Of a DNA stretch of 64,000 nt, positions 39,501 to 50,688 are shown piece by piece. The position numbers and the translations under genes are program-made. The notes below the pieces were generated by a model, which worked only from the letters and a program-made list of their open reading frames with translations, had not been told where the DNA came from and searched no databases. Source of the stretch: Lama glama (lineage: Eukaryota); contig CM052816.1 in assembly GCA_028534125.1 (NCBI GenBank), positions 82,276,001-82,340,000 of the forward strand, written 5' to 3'. The number at the start of each line of letters is the position of its first letter. The stretch's first letter is position 1.

Positions 39501-41425
39501 TCATTTTTAATTGTGTATGTATATAGATTACTTGGACTGTCTGCCATTACTGAATTTCCCCCTTTCCCTTACCACTTGAAAGTTGATCTGAAATAAATTT
39601 TAGCAGTTGTTAGAAAAAAGTAATTCTAATTACTGACCAGAACTCTTTAAAATAATTTGACCTATATCTTTGGAAGCCTAATTTCTATTCTACCATGTTA
39701 AAATAAATAAGCAACTACCAGTAAAACAATTACATCGTTTTAACAATATACATGCCATGGAACAAGCTGAGAAAAATACAAAGAAATTTATACTGTCATT
39801 GTGAAGTTTAAATCTAAAATTATTCTATAGCAATCTTCCCAAAATGGCAAATTTTATGTAATTGTTCTTTCTGAGATGTTAATACAATTAAAAATGTATG
39901 ATTATGGTTGAGGCAAGGACCATTCCAGTTCTAGATTAAAATGGGTTTCCTGAAAATCTTGAATCTTTTAGAAACGTCCATATTTCAGGCACAGGAAAGA
40001 TCATCATTTTCATCATTGTAGAATTTGCCTCTTCCTAATGAAACCTTCCTCTAATGGTATTGAATAAGCAGGGTGAGTTACTTTTTAGTCATTGTTCTTC
40101 TTTTTTTTCTCTTTCATGAGTGTTCAGATATATCAAAGAGAACATTAAAAAAAATTTCCATTGGCAAGCCTCCAATTTTGTTCAGGTCATTTTCTGCGTA
40201 TCCCATTTTTCACGGTGCACATGTTGATCCAGAGAGAAGACTAATTTTGTCATTTCCTCTCCCCTCTGAAACAACAAATTATTTATTTGCTTAAATACAT
40301 CAGAATTTTCTGGGAACATGATCAAAGAAAGATGAAAGTATGGCTTTAGCAATTTAAACAACAACAAAAATGAGATCAAACTCTTTTGAGTAGAAGGCAC
40401 TAAGTATTACTCAGTTCATTCTCTGTCAGTCATGGTATCTCTTGTTGGAAATCACATGCTGACCAGACTCTGTATTCATTTTTAAGGTATGTTCCCTATT
40501 ATAAAAGTGGGATGCTATGCTTTTGGACTAAATACAAAAACAAACAAACAAAAGAACCACCACAACTCTGAGGTATTCTAAATATTTTTTACAATTCTGA
40601 ATTCTCAGACACTTGACACTTGACTGGCCCAATTCCCATGATGATGTAGTAGAAGACATTAACTTTCTTAAGATAACAGCTTGATATTTGTCATTTAATT
40701 ACTTTACAGTACCTCAGTGAATGACAGATATGCTTCTTAAGAATTTTGCTGATTTTTATCCTATTTATTATTTAAGTTATATATTCTTATGTGTATGTTG
40801 TATTAGTCCATTCATTAGAAACTATAATGCTCAATTGTTATTATGTGGACCATGTTCAAATTAATAAAAACTCCGTGGTTAAAGTATATGTTGGGTATTT
40901 TTTAGGAAAATATTCAAGTAATATGAGATCAAAATGGTGCAAGTTACTAAATATAAAATTGAGAATTCAATTCTCTGTTCTTAATGCTGATTCTCTGTAA
41001 GATGTGAGAAAAAAAATTTTTCTCCTCATCTGTTGTGAGTAATTATAGTAATGGGGCACCTTGAAAATGTAAGCTGTTAATTAATAAGGCTGTGTCTAAT
41101 TGTAACTCTATATACCAGTGTCTGGCATTCTGAACAGTAATCAGTTATTAAGGTACCCTCACATATACAGAGTTTTAATCATTATCTCCCCATAACTTAA
41201 CCCACTTGTTAACCCACTTCTCTGTTTAGCTCTCCATATCTGGAGACAATTAAGTGTCTTCCATTTCTTACAATGATTATTTTAATATTTTTATTCTGGG
41301 GAAAGATGAATTCTTTATGTCAGTTTAACTTATGTCACAGTATTTTGCTGGCCACATTCCATCTTTACCTGTTTCTAAAAATAAGACATTTCAATTGTTT
41401 TTTGAGTTTGTAGTTCCATTCAAAG

Positions 41426-42920
41426 ATTTTTCCTTCTTTACTTCCAGTTTTATTAAGATATAATTGACATTCAGCACTGTGTAAGTGTAAGGTGTACAGC
41501 ACAGTATTTTGACTTACATCCATCATGAAATTATTATCACAGTAAATTTACTAAACAGCCATCATCTCATATAGATACAACATTAAAGAAATAGAAAAAA
41601 AATCTTCCTTATGATGAGAACTCTGAAGATTTACTCTCTTAACAACATTCATATGTAATGTACAGCAGTGTCAATTGTATTTATCATATTGTACATTTCA
41701 TCCCTAGTATTTTTTTTATCTTACAACTGGAACTTTGTACCTTTTGATGTCCTTCATCCAGTTCTCCCTCCCCCCACCCCTCACCTCTGCTAACCACAAA
41801 TATGATTTCTTTTTCTATGAGTTTGTTTTTGAAGTATAATTGACCTACAACACTAAGTTAGCTCCTATTATACAATATAGTGATTCAGTATTTCTATACA
41901 TTTCAAAAGGATCCCCAGTAGTTACCATCTGTCACCACACAAAGATATTACGTAGCTATTGAGTACATTCCCCATGCTGTACATTTCATATCTGTGGCTG
42001 ATTTATTTTACAGCTGGAAGTTTGTACCTCTTAATCTCCGTCACCTATTTCTTTCCTTCCTACATCCTTCTCTTCTCTGCCAAGCACTTGTTTGTTCTCT
42101 GTATCTATGACTCTGTTTCTATTTCTGTTTCTATTTTGTTACATTTGTTCATTTATTTTTTAGACTCCACATGTAAGTGAACTCATACAGTATTTGCCTT
42201 CCTCTGTCTGACTTAATTCACTTAGCATAATACCCTCTAGGTCCCTCCATGTTGTAGCAAATGGCAAAATTTCATTCTTTTTTATGGCTGAATAATATTC
42301 CTATGTGTACATATATACCACATTTTCTTTATGCATTCATCTATTGATGGACACTTAGGTTGTTTCCGTATCTAATGCTGTGATGAATAGAAGGGTGCAC
42401 ATATCTTTTCAAATTAATGTTTTCATTTCCTTTGGATAAATACCCAGGAATGGAATTGCTGGATCATATGGTACTCCTATTTTTATTTTGTTGAGGAACT
42501 CTCATACTCTTTTTCACAGTGGCCACACTAATTTATATTCCCACCAATAGCACACAAGGGTTCCCTTTTCTCCACATCCTTGTCAACACTTGTTATTTGC
42601 TGTTTTTTGATAATAGCCACTCTGAAAGGTGTGAGATGATATTTCTTTGTGGTTTTGATTTGCATTTCCCTGATGATCAGTGATGCTGAGCATCTTTTCA
42701 TGTGCCCATTGGCCATCTATATGTCTTCTTTGGAAAAATGTTTATTCAAATCCTCTGCCCATTTCTTAATTAAGTTGTTTGTTTTCTTAATGTTGAATTA
42801 TAGGAGTTCTTTGTATATCTTGGTTATTAACCCCTTATTGGACATATCATTTGCCTATATCTTCTCCCATTCATTAGGTGGTCTTTTCATTTTTTGGGGT
42901 AGTTTTTTTCACTGTGCAAC
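41426..42920 (-). mobile_element. L1 (L1MA9/10-like) 3' portion: ORF2 C-terminus plus duplicated 3' UTR
   Basis: ORF 42528-42716(-) [36 protein letters not shown] is the L1 ORF2p C-terminal region; two 3'-UTR modules start at ~41445 and ~41825. Confidence 0.92.
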
Positions 42921-43589
42921 CTTTCAAGCTTTCTTCAACATTATAAGTTAAATATAATATTTTAATCACAGCCATAACTGGATCTCATTCCCTGCCTGAA
43001 ACAGAGAAAATTTTGATAGGGATTTTGTGGAAACTATAAAACTCAAATACTAAAGGGGCACCAACTTAATGGCCAGGTGTTATGCCATTTAACATTAAAA
43101 TTAATCAAGCAGTTGGAGGTTCAAGGTTATAACTTGAGCATGTTCATTCATCTCCCTTCCTGCCAAAGATCTCATAGTAATGATAGAAATTATATTTTTG
43201 ACAGAATGAAATAAAAATTGCATTGGAAAATAAAACCTCATTTTGAGGAATTCCATGAAGATGGACAGCAAATAGAATTGGAGTGATGCTATTACTATGT
43301 AAGTGTATAATTTTATGATGTTAACAGTGATGAAGAGCTCATTAAAAAAAAGTTCTTTGACGTAGTGTCAAAGTAAGCACAGAAAAGAGTTCTCTCCTTT
43401 TACAATTTTATAGATATTTCAGATTTTTTTTCATAAACAATTGGAAGGGATCAAGGCAAATGGTAAAAAGAGGTGTCATTAGGGAGTGGAAATGGATAAG
43501 TGCAAGGGAGGCTGAAGATTGAAACAATTACTTTAGGTTAGAGGGAGTTTGAAACAAAGTGGATTATGATCAGGCATCTAATTCCTGCA

Positions 43590-44642
43590 CCAAGGAAAAT
43601 GTGACAAGGTCCAGTGCAGGTGCTCAGGGCCCCATGCTCAGGAGCACCCTGTGCTTGGGGTTTAGTGTTCTATGGTTGCAGTCATAAAGTGCTTAATCAT
43701 TTTATTTTTGAAATTGTATTTTGTAAATGAAGTTCAGTGCAATGATAGGGCGGGTCAGGAGCTCGGAGCCTTGGAGCCTTGGAATCTTGGCTCAAGTGTG
43801 GTCCCCCTTCTCTACCTCCTCAGCTCCCTGAAATAGATACTCGACCTCCTGATCCTGACCAATAGATGCTCTGGGCTCCATTTGGCCTTCCTATTCCCCA
43901 CCTTACTAAGACTATTGTGCTTTGGGTCTTGTTTGTGGGAGACATCTGCATACTTCTGCTGCCCTCTGCTTCTCGGGGAACTTGGGCATTGGTACACAGA
44001 AGGTAGGGGTAAGGCAAATGCCTCCTGGTGTTTTAGGGCAGGATCAAGGTATGACCATGTGTGTCCCACGCTGGCAGTGCCTTGATGCATTCTGCGGCAA
44101 CTTGGCAGGGGGCCTGCAACGGACTGAATGTTTGTATTACGCAGAATTCTTACGGTGAAGCCCTAAGGTTATGGTATTTGGAGGTGGCATTTTGGGAAGA
44201 ATTAGGTCATGACGGTAGAGCCTTCATGAATAGGATTAGTCCCCTTATAAGAAGAGACCAGAGAGCTACCTAGGTCTCTTTCTCCATGTGAGGATGCAGC
44301 AAGAAGACAGCCTTCTGTAAACCAGGAAGAGGGCACTTGCCAAGAACTCGACCTCACTGGCGCCCAGATCTCAGACTTCCATCCTCCTGTGAGAAATAAA
44401 TGTTGTTTAAGCCACTTAGTCTATGCTAATTAGTCATAGCAGACCTTGACTAGGACAGAGCCTTTCACAGTCCCCATCCAGGTACCAAGTGCAACACAGC
44501 ATGAAAACTGCAGTACGTTGGGGTATACCTATCTGCTGTGGGCGGGGCTGCAGGCCCAGGGGAAGGAAACATCGACTTCCCTGTTCCCAGGGCCACAAAT
44601 TTTCATTCTGTACTAGGCCCTGCAAATTATGTAGCCATCCCT
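43590..44642. mobile_element. hAT-Tip100 DNA transposon (MER115/Zaphod-like) interrupted by an MLT1A LTR
   Basis: CAGGGCCCCATGCTCAGGAGCACCCTGTGCTTGGGGTTTAGTG... start; ...TTTTCATTCTGTACTAGGCCCTGCAAATTATGTAGCCATCCCT end. Confidence 0.75.
44115..44457 (+). mobile_element. MLT1A-type MaLR LTR (nested)
   Basis: TGCAACGGACTGAATGTTTG...TGTGAGAAATAAATG...GACTAGGACA; TSD GGGCC (44110-44114) / GAGCC (44458-44462). Confidence 0.88.
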
Positions 44643-45854
44643 AGAAGTCAGTTTCATGTAAAACAGTCCCCAAACTTCCTCGGGTACTCTATTTCTATGG
44701 GGGTCATGAGTCTGTCTTCCTGTTGCCAGGAGATGATGGCATGTCAGGAATTCTTGTTCATCTGCAGGGCAGTATCCCTGGCACAACCATAGCAATTTCC
44801 TGAGATTACTGTCATAGTCCTTCTCATTCTCAGTAATACCTTCCTCTCTCAGAGTAGTGACCATACTGCTATAAGCTTCAAAAAGCCTTGCACTCACCTT
44901 TGAGGCCAGCCCCGATTCCAAACTACCCAATGGATTCTTTCCTACCTAACTCATCTCTTTTGACATTTTTATTTCCACGCACTTTCCCTGCTGTTATTGG
45001 CTGCCCTCGTTTGTACTTTTCTGTCTCCCACTTCCATTCTTTTATTCTTCATATTTGCATAGTCATTTCTACCTTGTTCCTTCTCTGGTCGTAAGATTTA
45101 TCCTTATCTTCTATAAGACCTAAAACTTGGTGGAATTTTATATTCTTGCTAATATTTATTCTTTCAAAAGCCACTTTTTCATTTTGGCATTTTCAACATG
45201 TCATTATTTGTTCTTTGAGCTTATATTAGGTGCTTTGCCTATATCAAAATATAGGTCCCCTGAAACTTAAGAGTATATTTATTTTAATTAACTTTATTCC
45301 TGCTCATCTTAACTTAGGTTTCATTTGAAATAATTTCTGAGTATCTGCAGTCAAAAAGTCCCAGTAGTGGGGGCTGGCAACTTACATATAAAATTTTCTC
45401 TTTAGAATTTTTCAGAAGGGCCAGTCTGGAAGAAAAATATATAAGCTACAAATAATTTTCATCCAGTTTATATTTCATTTTGATGTTCAGTTGACTGTTA
45501 GGTATATTTCTTATGAAGTTAATGTCAGTGTTTCAAATATTTTCGCTAGTATTTCTTTTTTCTTCCATACTTCATCACCAGCTACTAGAATGACCCAGTT
45601 CTCCTACTCTAGAAAACTACAATAGCAAATAGGAAAGACAGAAACAGTGATGAAGGTGAAGTGGGTAGAAGGAAGTGTACGTATTAGAAATCTTTTTCAG
45701 GTTACTCTGACCTCCTAAGACAAGAGTTTGGAGAACACTTTGACAAACTTAAAAGTGTGTCTAGCTTCCATATTTTTCAATAAATACTAATTGATAACAG
45801 ATGATGCTATAAATAGATTCATAGTAAAGGCAAGAGGGAAGAAATAAAAGTATA

Positions 45855-46075
45855 ATATTTACTATATCTTCTAGGTGCCAGGCATTATACTAGGCACTTT
45901 ACATATGTTGTATTATTTTATCTACATGATCCCGCTGAGAGGTAGATATTATTATCCCATTTATAATAGAGGGAACAGAGGCTCAAAAATGTTAATTTTC
46001 CATTGTCTGACAGTTGAAGACTGATCGTGTCAGCTTCATACTTAAGTTTGTCTGATTTTGTGATATTCCACTGCA
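45855..46075 (-). mobile_element. MIR SINE
   Basis: GTGCCAGGCATTATACTAGGCACTTTACATAT...ATTATTATCCCATTTATAATAGAGGGAACAGAGGCTCA. Confidence 0.85.
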
Positions 46076-47388
46076 CTGCTCTATTCTGTTCTTCCTTATT
46101 TATATTTGCTTCATTTTCCTTATAAATGCAGTGGACTAATATTCAACTTCAATTTTAATGAGACAGTCTGCTGCCTGACCTGTTGAAAACCTCACCTTTT
46201 CTCTTAGGAGCCATCTTAATTTAAAGAGCTGCCAGTCTATGAAGGGTCAGTAATCTCTTTCCTGTTGAATTATCATGCCTCATACACTTTGTTTTATGGC
46301 TTCAGATTAGAGCTAAAGTCCTCCCTTGTTATTCATTGCCTTGTTTCAATAAGGATAGAGTTGGTTAATGTTTTACTGGGAAGATCTCCAGTGGTCACAT
46401 TCTGGCATGTGAGAAAAATTGGATTTATTTATCAATATATAACCAGCTGTGTGGGCCATGTCTTCTCCACCCCCGCTTTCTTCCTTGTTAGTTGATTTGA
46501 GAGGAATGCGTATAATGAGGAAGGAGACACAAATTTTGAGTTTTTGGTTCTTCAAAGAGAGGAGTCATTCTGGGGCCTACTTTCCTAGTCTTTCCCTCAT
46601 AACCTTAATTTTTAAACTCCTAATTCAAAAGATCACGGATAAAAGCTAAGCCCAAATCAAAGTGAGAGGAAATTGGGAGCCATGCCAACTGCTGGGATAG
46701 TCATTCTTTGCAGTATTCCACTGACCTTTTAAATTAATAAATGACATGGCCCTAGATGTGGGGTAGATTCTCAAGTAGCAAAGATGAGATTAATGATAAC
46801 CTAACAGTGCTAGCTACAACTGCACTGACAGTGTCTGGGGCATGCTACTTGAAAGGCCTACTCAGAAATTATGTTTCTAGACTTTTTCTTTGAAACTCCT
46901 TATAGTTCTCTGTCCCAGGGCTTTTGTTTCCACTCATTTTCTTCCCTTGGTTTTAAAATTTTACTCAAAAACATTTATGTTACGTTTATCACATAGAACA
47001 TTTTAATCCCATAAACAAAATACATCAAATCAAAAAAATAATAATTATAATAGATCCCTCTGGTATTCTTTTATATATTTAGACAGTTTGCTGCATCTCT
47101 GTAGTATAATCACTGTTCAATTTAGAGAATTTTAACTAAAGAAAATGATAGAAAGAAAGCCATATTCTCAGTTCAAATCTGTTCTTTCAGGTTTAGAATA
47201 CCTGTACAGTTTCACTTTTTCTGTCCCTTCACTGGATTGCTCCCTGAATTAGTTCAGTGCTGCCACAACCAAGTACCATCCACTGGATGGCTTAAACAAA
47301 AGAAATTTATTTTCTCACGGTCAGGATTCTAGACATCTGAGATTAAGTGGTCTGCAGGGTTGGTTTCTTCTGAGGCCTTTCTCCTTGG

Positions 47389-47539
47389 TATAGAAATACA
47401 TATATATATATATATATACACATATTTATATATATATGTGTGTGTATATATATATATATTTAATGGAGGCACTGGGGATCGAACCCAGGACCTTGTGCAT
47501 GCTAAGCATGTGCTCTACCACTAAGCTATACCCTGCCCC
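47389..47539 (-). mobile_element. Young tRNA-derived SINE (camelid-type) with (TA)n/(CA)n tail
   Basis: Minus strand GGGGCAGGGTATAGCTTAGTGGTAGAGCACATGCTTAGCATGCACAAGGTCCTGGGTTCGATCCCCAG with Pol III A and B boxes; perfect TSD CTCCTTGG (47381-47388, 47540-47547). Confidence 0.92.
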
Positions 47540-47736
47540 CTCCTTGGGTTGTAGATGACCAGTTTTCTCCCCATGTCTTTGCATGGTCTTTCTTCAGTGA
47601 GGGTTCGTGTCTAATCTCTTCCTATAAAGACACTAGTTGTAGTGGAGTAGAGCCCACCCATGAGACCTCATTTTTACCTTAATTCCCTTTTTAAAGATCC
47701 TATCTCCACATACAGTAATATTCTGAGGTACTGACA

Positions 47737-48244
47737 TGTAGGAGAGGAAAAATAGTTTTCTCTCTACCCTTGTAGGTTCTTGGCTGAGACCCCCTCTTTA
47801 ATGAAAGACAGATTAACTAGAGGAAAGCAAACAGAAGTTTAATAACATGTGTACCTCCTGTTTACATGGGAGTTACCCCAGAAAATTGAGTAACTCCCCT
47901 AAAGAGTCCAAACCATTACTTTAAATACCATATTTAGTTAATGACAAAAGAAAGTTGTGGAGGGACAGAGATGGGAAAGACCAGTTATGGGAAGGAATGC
48001 ATAGTAACAAGTAACAAGGTTGTTATGCAGGTCTACGTCCTTGCCTTCTCCAGTGACAAGAGTGTCTGGAGATATAGTCATCCTTCTCTTACTGGTACAG
48101 AGAGGGACACCTTATGAATTTCTCTTTCAAAACGGTAGCTTCTACTCAGAGCTTCCCCTGTGTCTGCTATTTCTTAAAAATAATTGGCACAAAATAATAT
48201 GCCAAAGAGACATATTTTGGGGTGGCAAGTTCTACTTCCTTTCA
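47737..48244 (-). mobile_element. ERV1 solo LTR (MER34A1/MER39-related)
   Basis: Minus strand starts TGAAAGGAAGTAGAACTTGCCACCCCAAAATATGTCTCTTTGGCATA and ends ...CCTACA; inserted within the MLT1B-like LTR. Confidence 0.8.
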
Positions 48245-49909
48245 GGGAGTTAGGACTTCAACAGATGAATTTCAGGGGGATACGATTTAGCTCATATTAC
48301 CCCCTAAAATCTATTCTCCAGCCAGAAATCAGAGTGATCCTTGCTGAACACAAGTCAGAGTGAATCGCTTCTCAGCTCACAGTTGTCTACTTGCACGTTC
48401 CCATCTGGTGCCTGGCATAGAGGAAGCACTCGATTCATATTTCTTGAATGAATGTATGTTTTAAGTGTGCTTTTAAAACTTCAAGTTGTTGCAACACCTG
48501 TTTAACAAAATGTAACTCTGTCCACTTCTTCAGTCTAAGGCATGTAATAACCATGTGTTTTGATGTTCCAGGCTCTTGGTTTACATTGATGCAGGTATGT
48601 TCTGTGTGTTTAATGCATCCTAAAGAGAATTTGAATAATGCAGAAAGGTCAAAGCTTAAGGAATTCACAACTCTGTCCATTAGTCCTGTACAAGTTACCC
48701 TGCATATTGTGGGCAGCATATTTCTCAAAATCACATGTGATTGATGCAACATTCAATTCTAAACACCCATAAAAAGTAGAGCAGGCTTTCTATCTGATGT
48801 AATTCTCTTGATATCAGAGGAAATGTGCATCAAACTTTATATGCATGGTGTAACTTAGTGCTTTTAACAGCAGGCTCGGTAATTAGTTGGGCAATTAAGG
48901 GACCATAAATTATAATTTTAACTCAGACAGACATCCTCTCTAACACCTTGGGAAGTCCACTTTACCATTACTTCCTCTATTTTTCCATCTATAAAATAAG
49001 CCTAAAAATAGATTTTCCATAAACTTACTGACAAACTAAAGAAAGATAGGTTTAGAGATGGAAGAGACCTTGCAAGCTTATCTGGTTAAGTCTCCGCTTT
49101 CAGGCACATTAATTTCATAAGGATAGAAAGTCACCATCTCTATTTTATTCTTGAGAATTAAAAATTTTTAAATGTGTTTTAACGGTATTTTTATAGAATT
49201 TTATATGAAAAATAGTAGAAAGTGATTTCCATGTGTTATAAGTGTGCATCATATGGGAAGAATGAAGCACTAGCTAACATCTGTCACAGAGGTGAACATA
49301 TTTACCAGCTGCAGTTTGGTTGCATCTTAAATTTCAAGGTCAATCATTAACATATTTAAAGTAAGGTAATCCACTTTCATTAAAGCTGTTAGTACCTGCA
49401 TGTCCTGATTCATGAATCTGTCACCTGGCCTCTTCTCCACAGATCATATTCTAGATTTAGAACTGAGCTTTAATATTCCTTTTCCTTTCTGAAATCATAT
49501 TGTCTTAAAAGTGCTGGCTTGTATTTCTTTTCCTTGTTTTGTTGCCTCTTTTTCCTCTCTCTTTAATACATACCTTGTTACTAACAAAACCATCAATCAA
49601 ACCCTTTATACATTTTTACAGTTTTACATTTCTGTTATCCCAAAGGGATTTTATTTCTACAATATTTACTGCTGGGCCACATTTATTCAGTTTATCTTTT
49701 TGGGGGAGAAAAAAAATCACATATCCTTTCTTTATGTATGCAGTTTTCTACCGCACTCTTCCCTTGGGACCCTGATGGAGCTGAAGTTCATAATACCCAA
49801 CTGGTAGCCCACTTTTGAGTGGGGTCACCTTGGTGGTCTACTGGAGTGGTTCCCAGTTTGGGTGTAGGAGGAGGAAAGCTGCCAGGAGGCTCTGCCTCAG
49901 AATGTCATG

Positions 49910-50350
49910 TGTTACAGAAAAAGTCATTCTGACACTTGCTAAAGTGGCAAGGAAACTTTAGCTGTCTTGATAAGTGTTAAAACTGTTGCAATACAGGACA
50001 GAAACATGAGGCTCATCGCCAAATACTTAACAAGTGGGATTTTTTAGCCAAAGAGTAGGTTAGCTGGGGGAATCAGTGGATGGAAAATTACTAAGAGGAG
50101 ACATCAAATGTAGGGGAAATTCCTGCTAACCTGACCTAAGTAGATTCTTACTGAAGGCAGGCCAGGGTGGTCAGAGAACATGGGTGATCAGATACTGAAC
50201 ATGAGTGGATTCTCTCTGACCCAGCTTACTTAACAGGATTTTTGCTAAAATTGGGCTGTGCAGACCCAGCAAGGGCCCAGGTCAAGGCATAGTCAAGAAG
50301 AGGGCTTAGAGGAGCCTGGCTAATGTTTGGCCAAGGAAGAGTCCCTGTCA
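49910..50350 (-). mobile_element. MER31-type ERV1 solo LTR, flanked by MER5-like sequence
   Basis: Minus strand starts TGACAGGGACTCTTCCTTGGCCAAACATTAGCCAGGCTCCTCTAAGCCCTCTTCTTGACTA and ends ...GAATGACTTTTTCTGTAACA. Confidence 0.85.
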
Positions 50351-50518
50351 GAACATTATGGGTTAGAAATGAGCCTGTCCTGTGTATCTCAAAACAGCTC
50401 TTCAGATGATTTTGATGCTAGTGGATGTCCTGGTTTAAGAAAAACTGGTCTGTAGTATATCTTTTTAAATTCCCTGAAAATACCAACTGGTTTCAACTGT
50501 GTAAATATTCTCTGATTC

Positions 50519-50688
50519 ACTGGTTCTCAATCCTAGCTACACATTGGAAACATGTAGAGAACTTTTAAGGTGCCTGAGCACCCCTCGTTTACACAGAGTT
50601 ACGGTGAGTCTGTGGGGATGGGCTTCAGGCAGAGGTGTTCTAAATCTTCCTAGGCAGTCTGATGTGCTGCCAGGGTGGAGAAACCCGT
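50519..50688. mobile_element. MER5A1/MER5B-like MITE
   Basis: CTGGTTCTCAATCCTAGCTACACATTGGAA...TCTGATGTGCTGCCAGGGTGGAGAAACC. Confidence 0.7.

Larger units (their letters stand above)
47245..48300 (-). mobile_element. MLT1B-like MaLR LTR, split by a SINE and an ERV1 LTR
   Basis: GCTGCCACAACCAAGTACCA..GGCTTAAACAAAAGAAATTTATTTTCTCAC; resumes after each insert; ...ATTCTGAGGTACTG | GGGAGTTAGGACTTCAACAGATGAATTT. Confidence 0.85.

Noticed and set aside
40637..40752. C/D-box snoRNA (ATGATGA ... CTGA)
   Set aside because: No terminal stem or recognisable guide; these short motifs are frequent by chance.
4565..43790. Short tandem duplications (CTGATTAAG x2 at 4565, GTATCTTAAAA x2 at ~31440, TTAACCCACTT x2 at ~41197, GGAGCCTT x2 at ~43765)
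   Set aside because: Isolated two-copy slippage events; no repeat-spacer array and nothing CRISPR-like.
47465..47539. tRNA gene
   Set aside because: A TSD, a simple-repeat tail and a second diverged copy at ~57030-57108 show it is a SINE.
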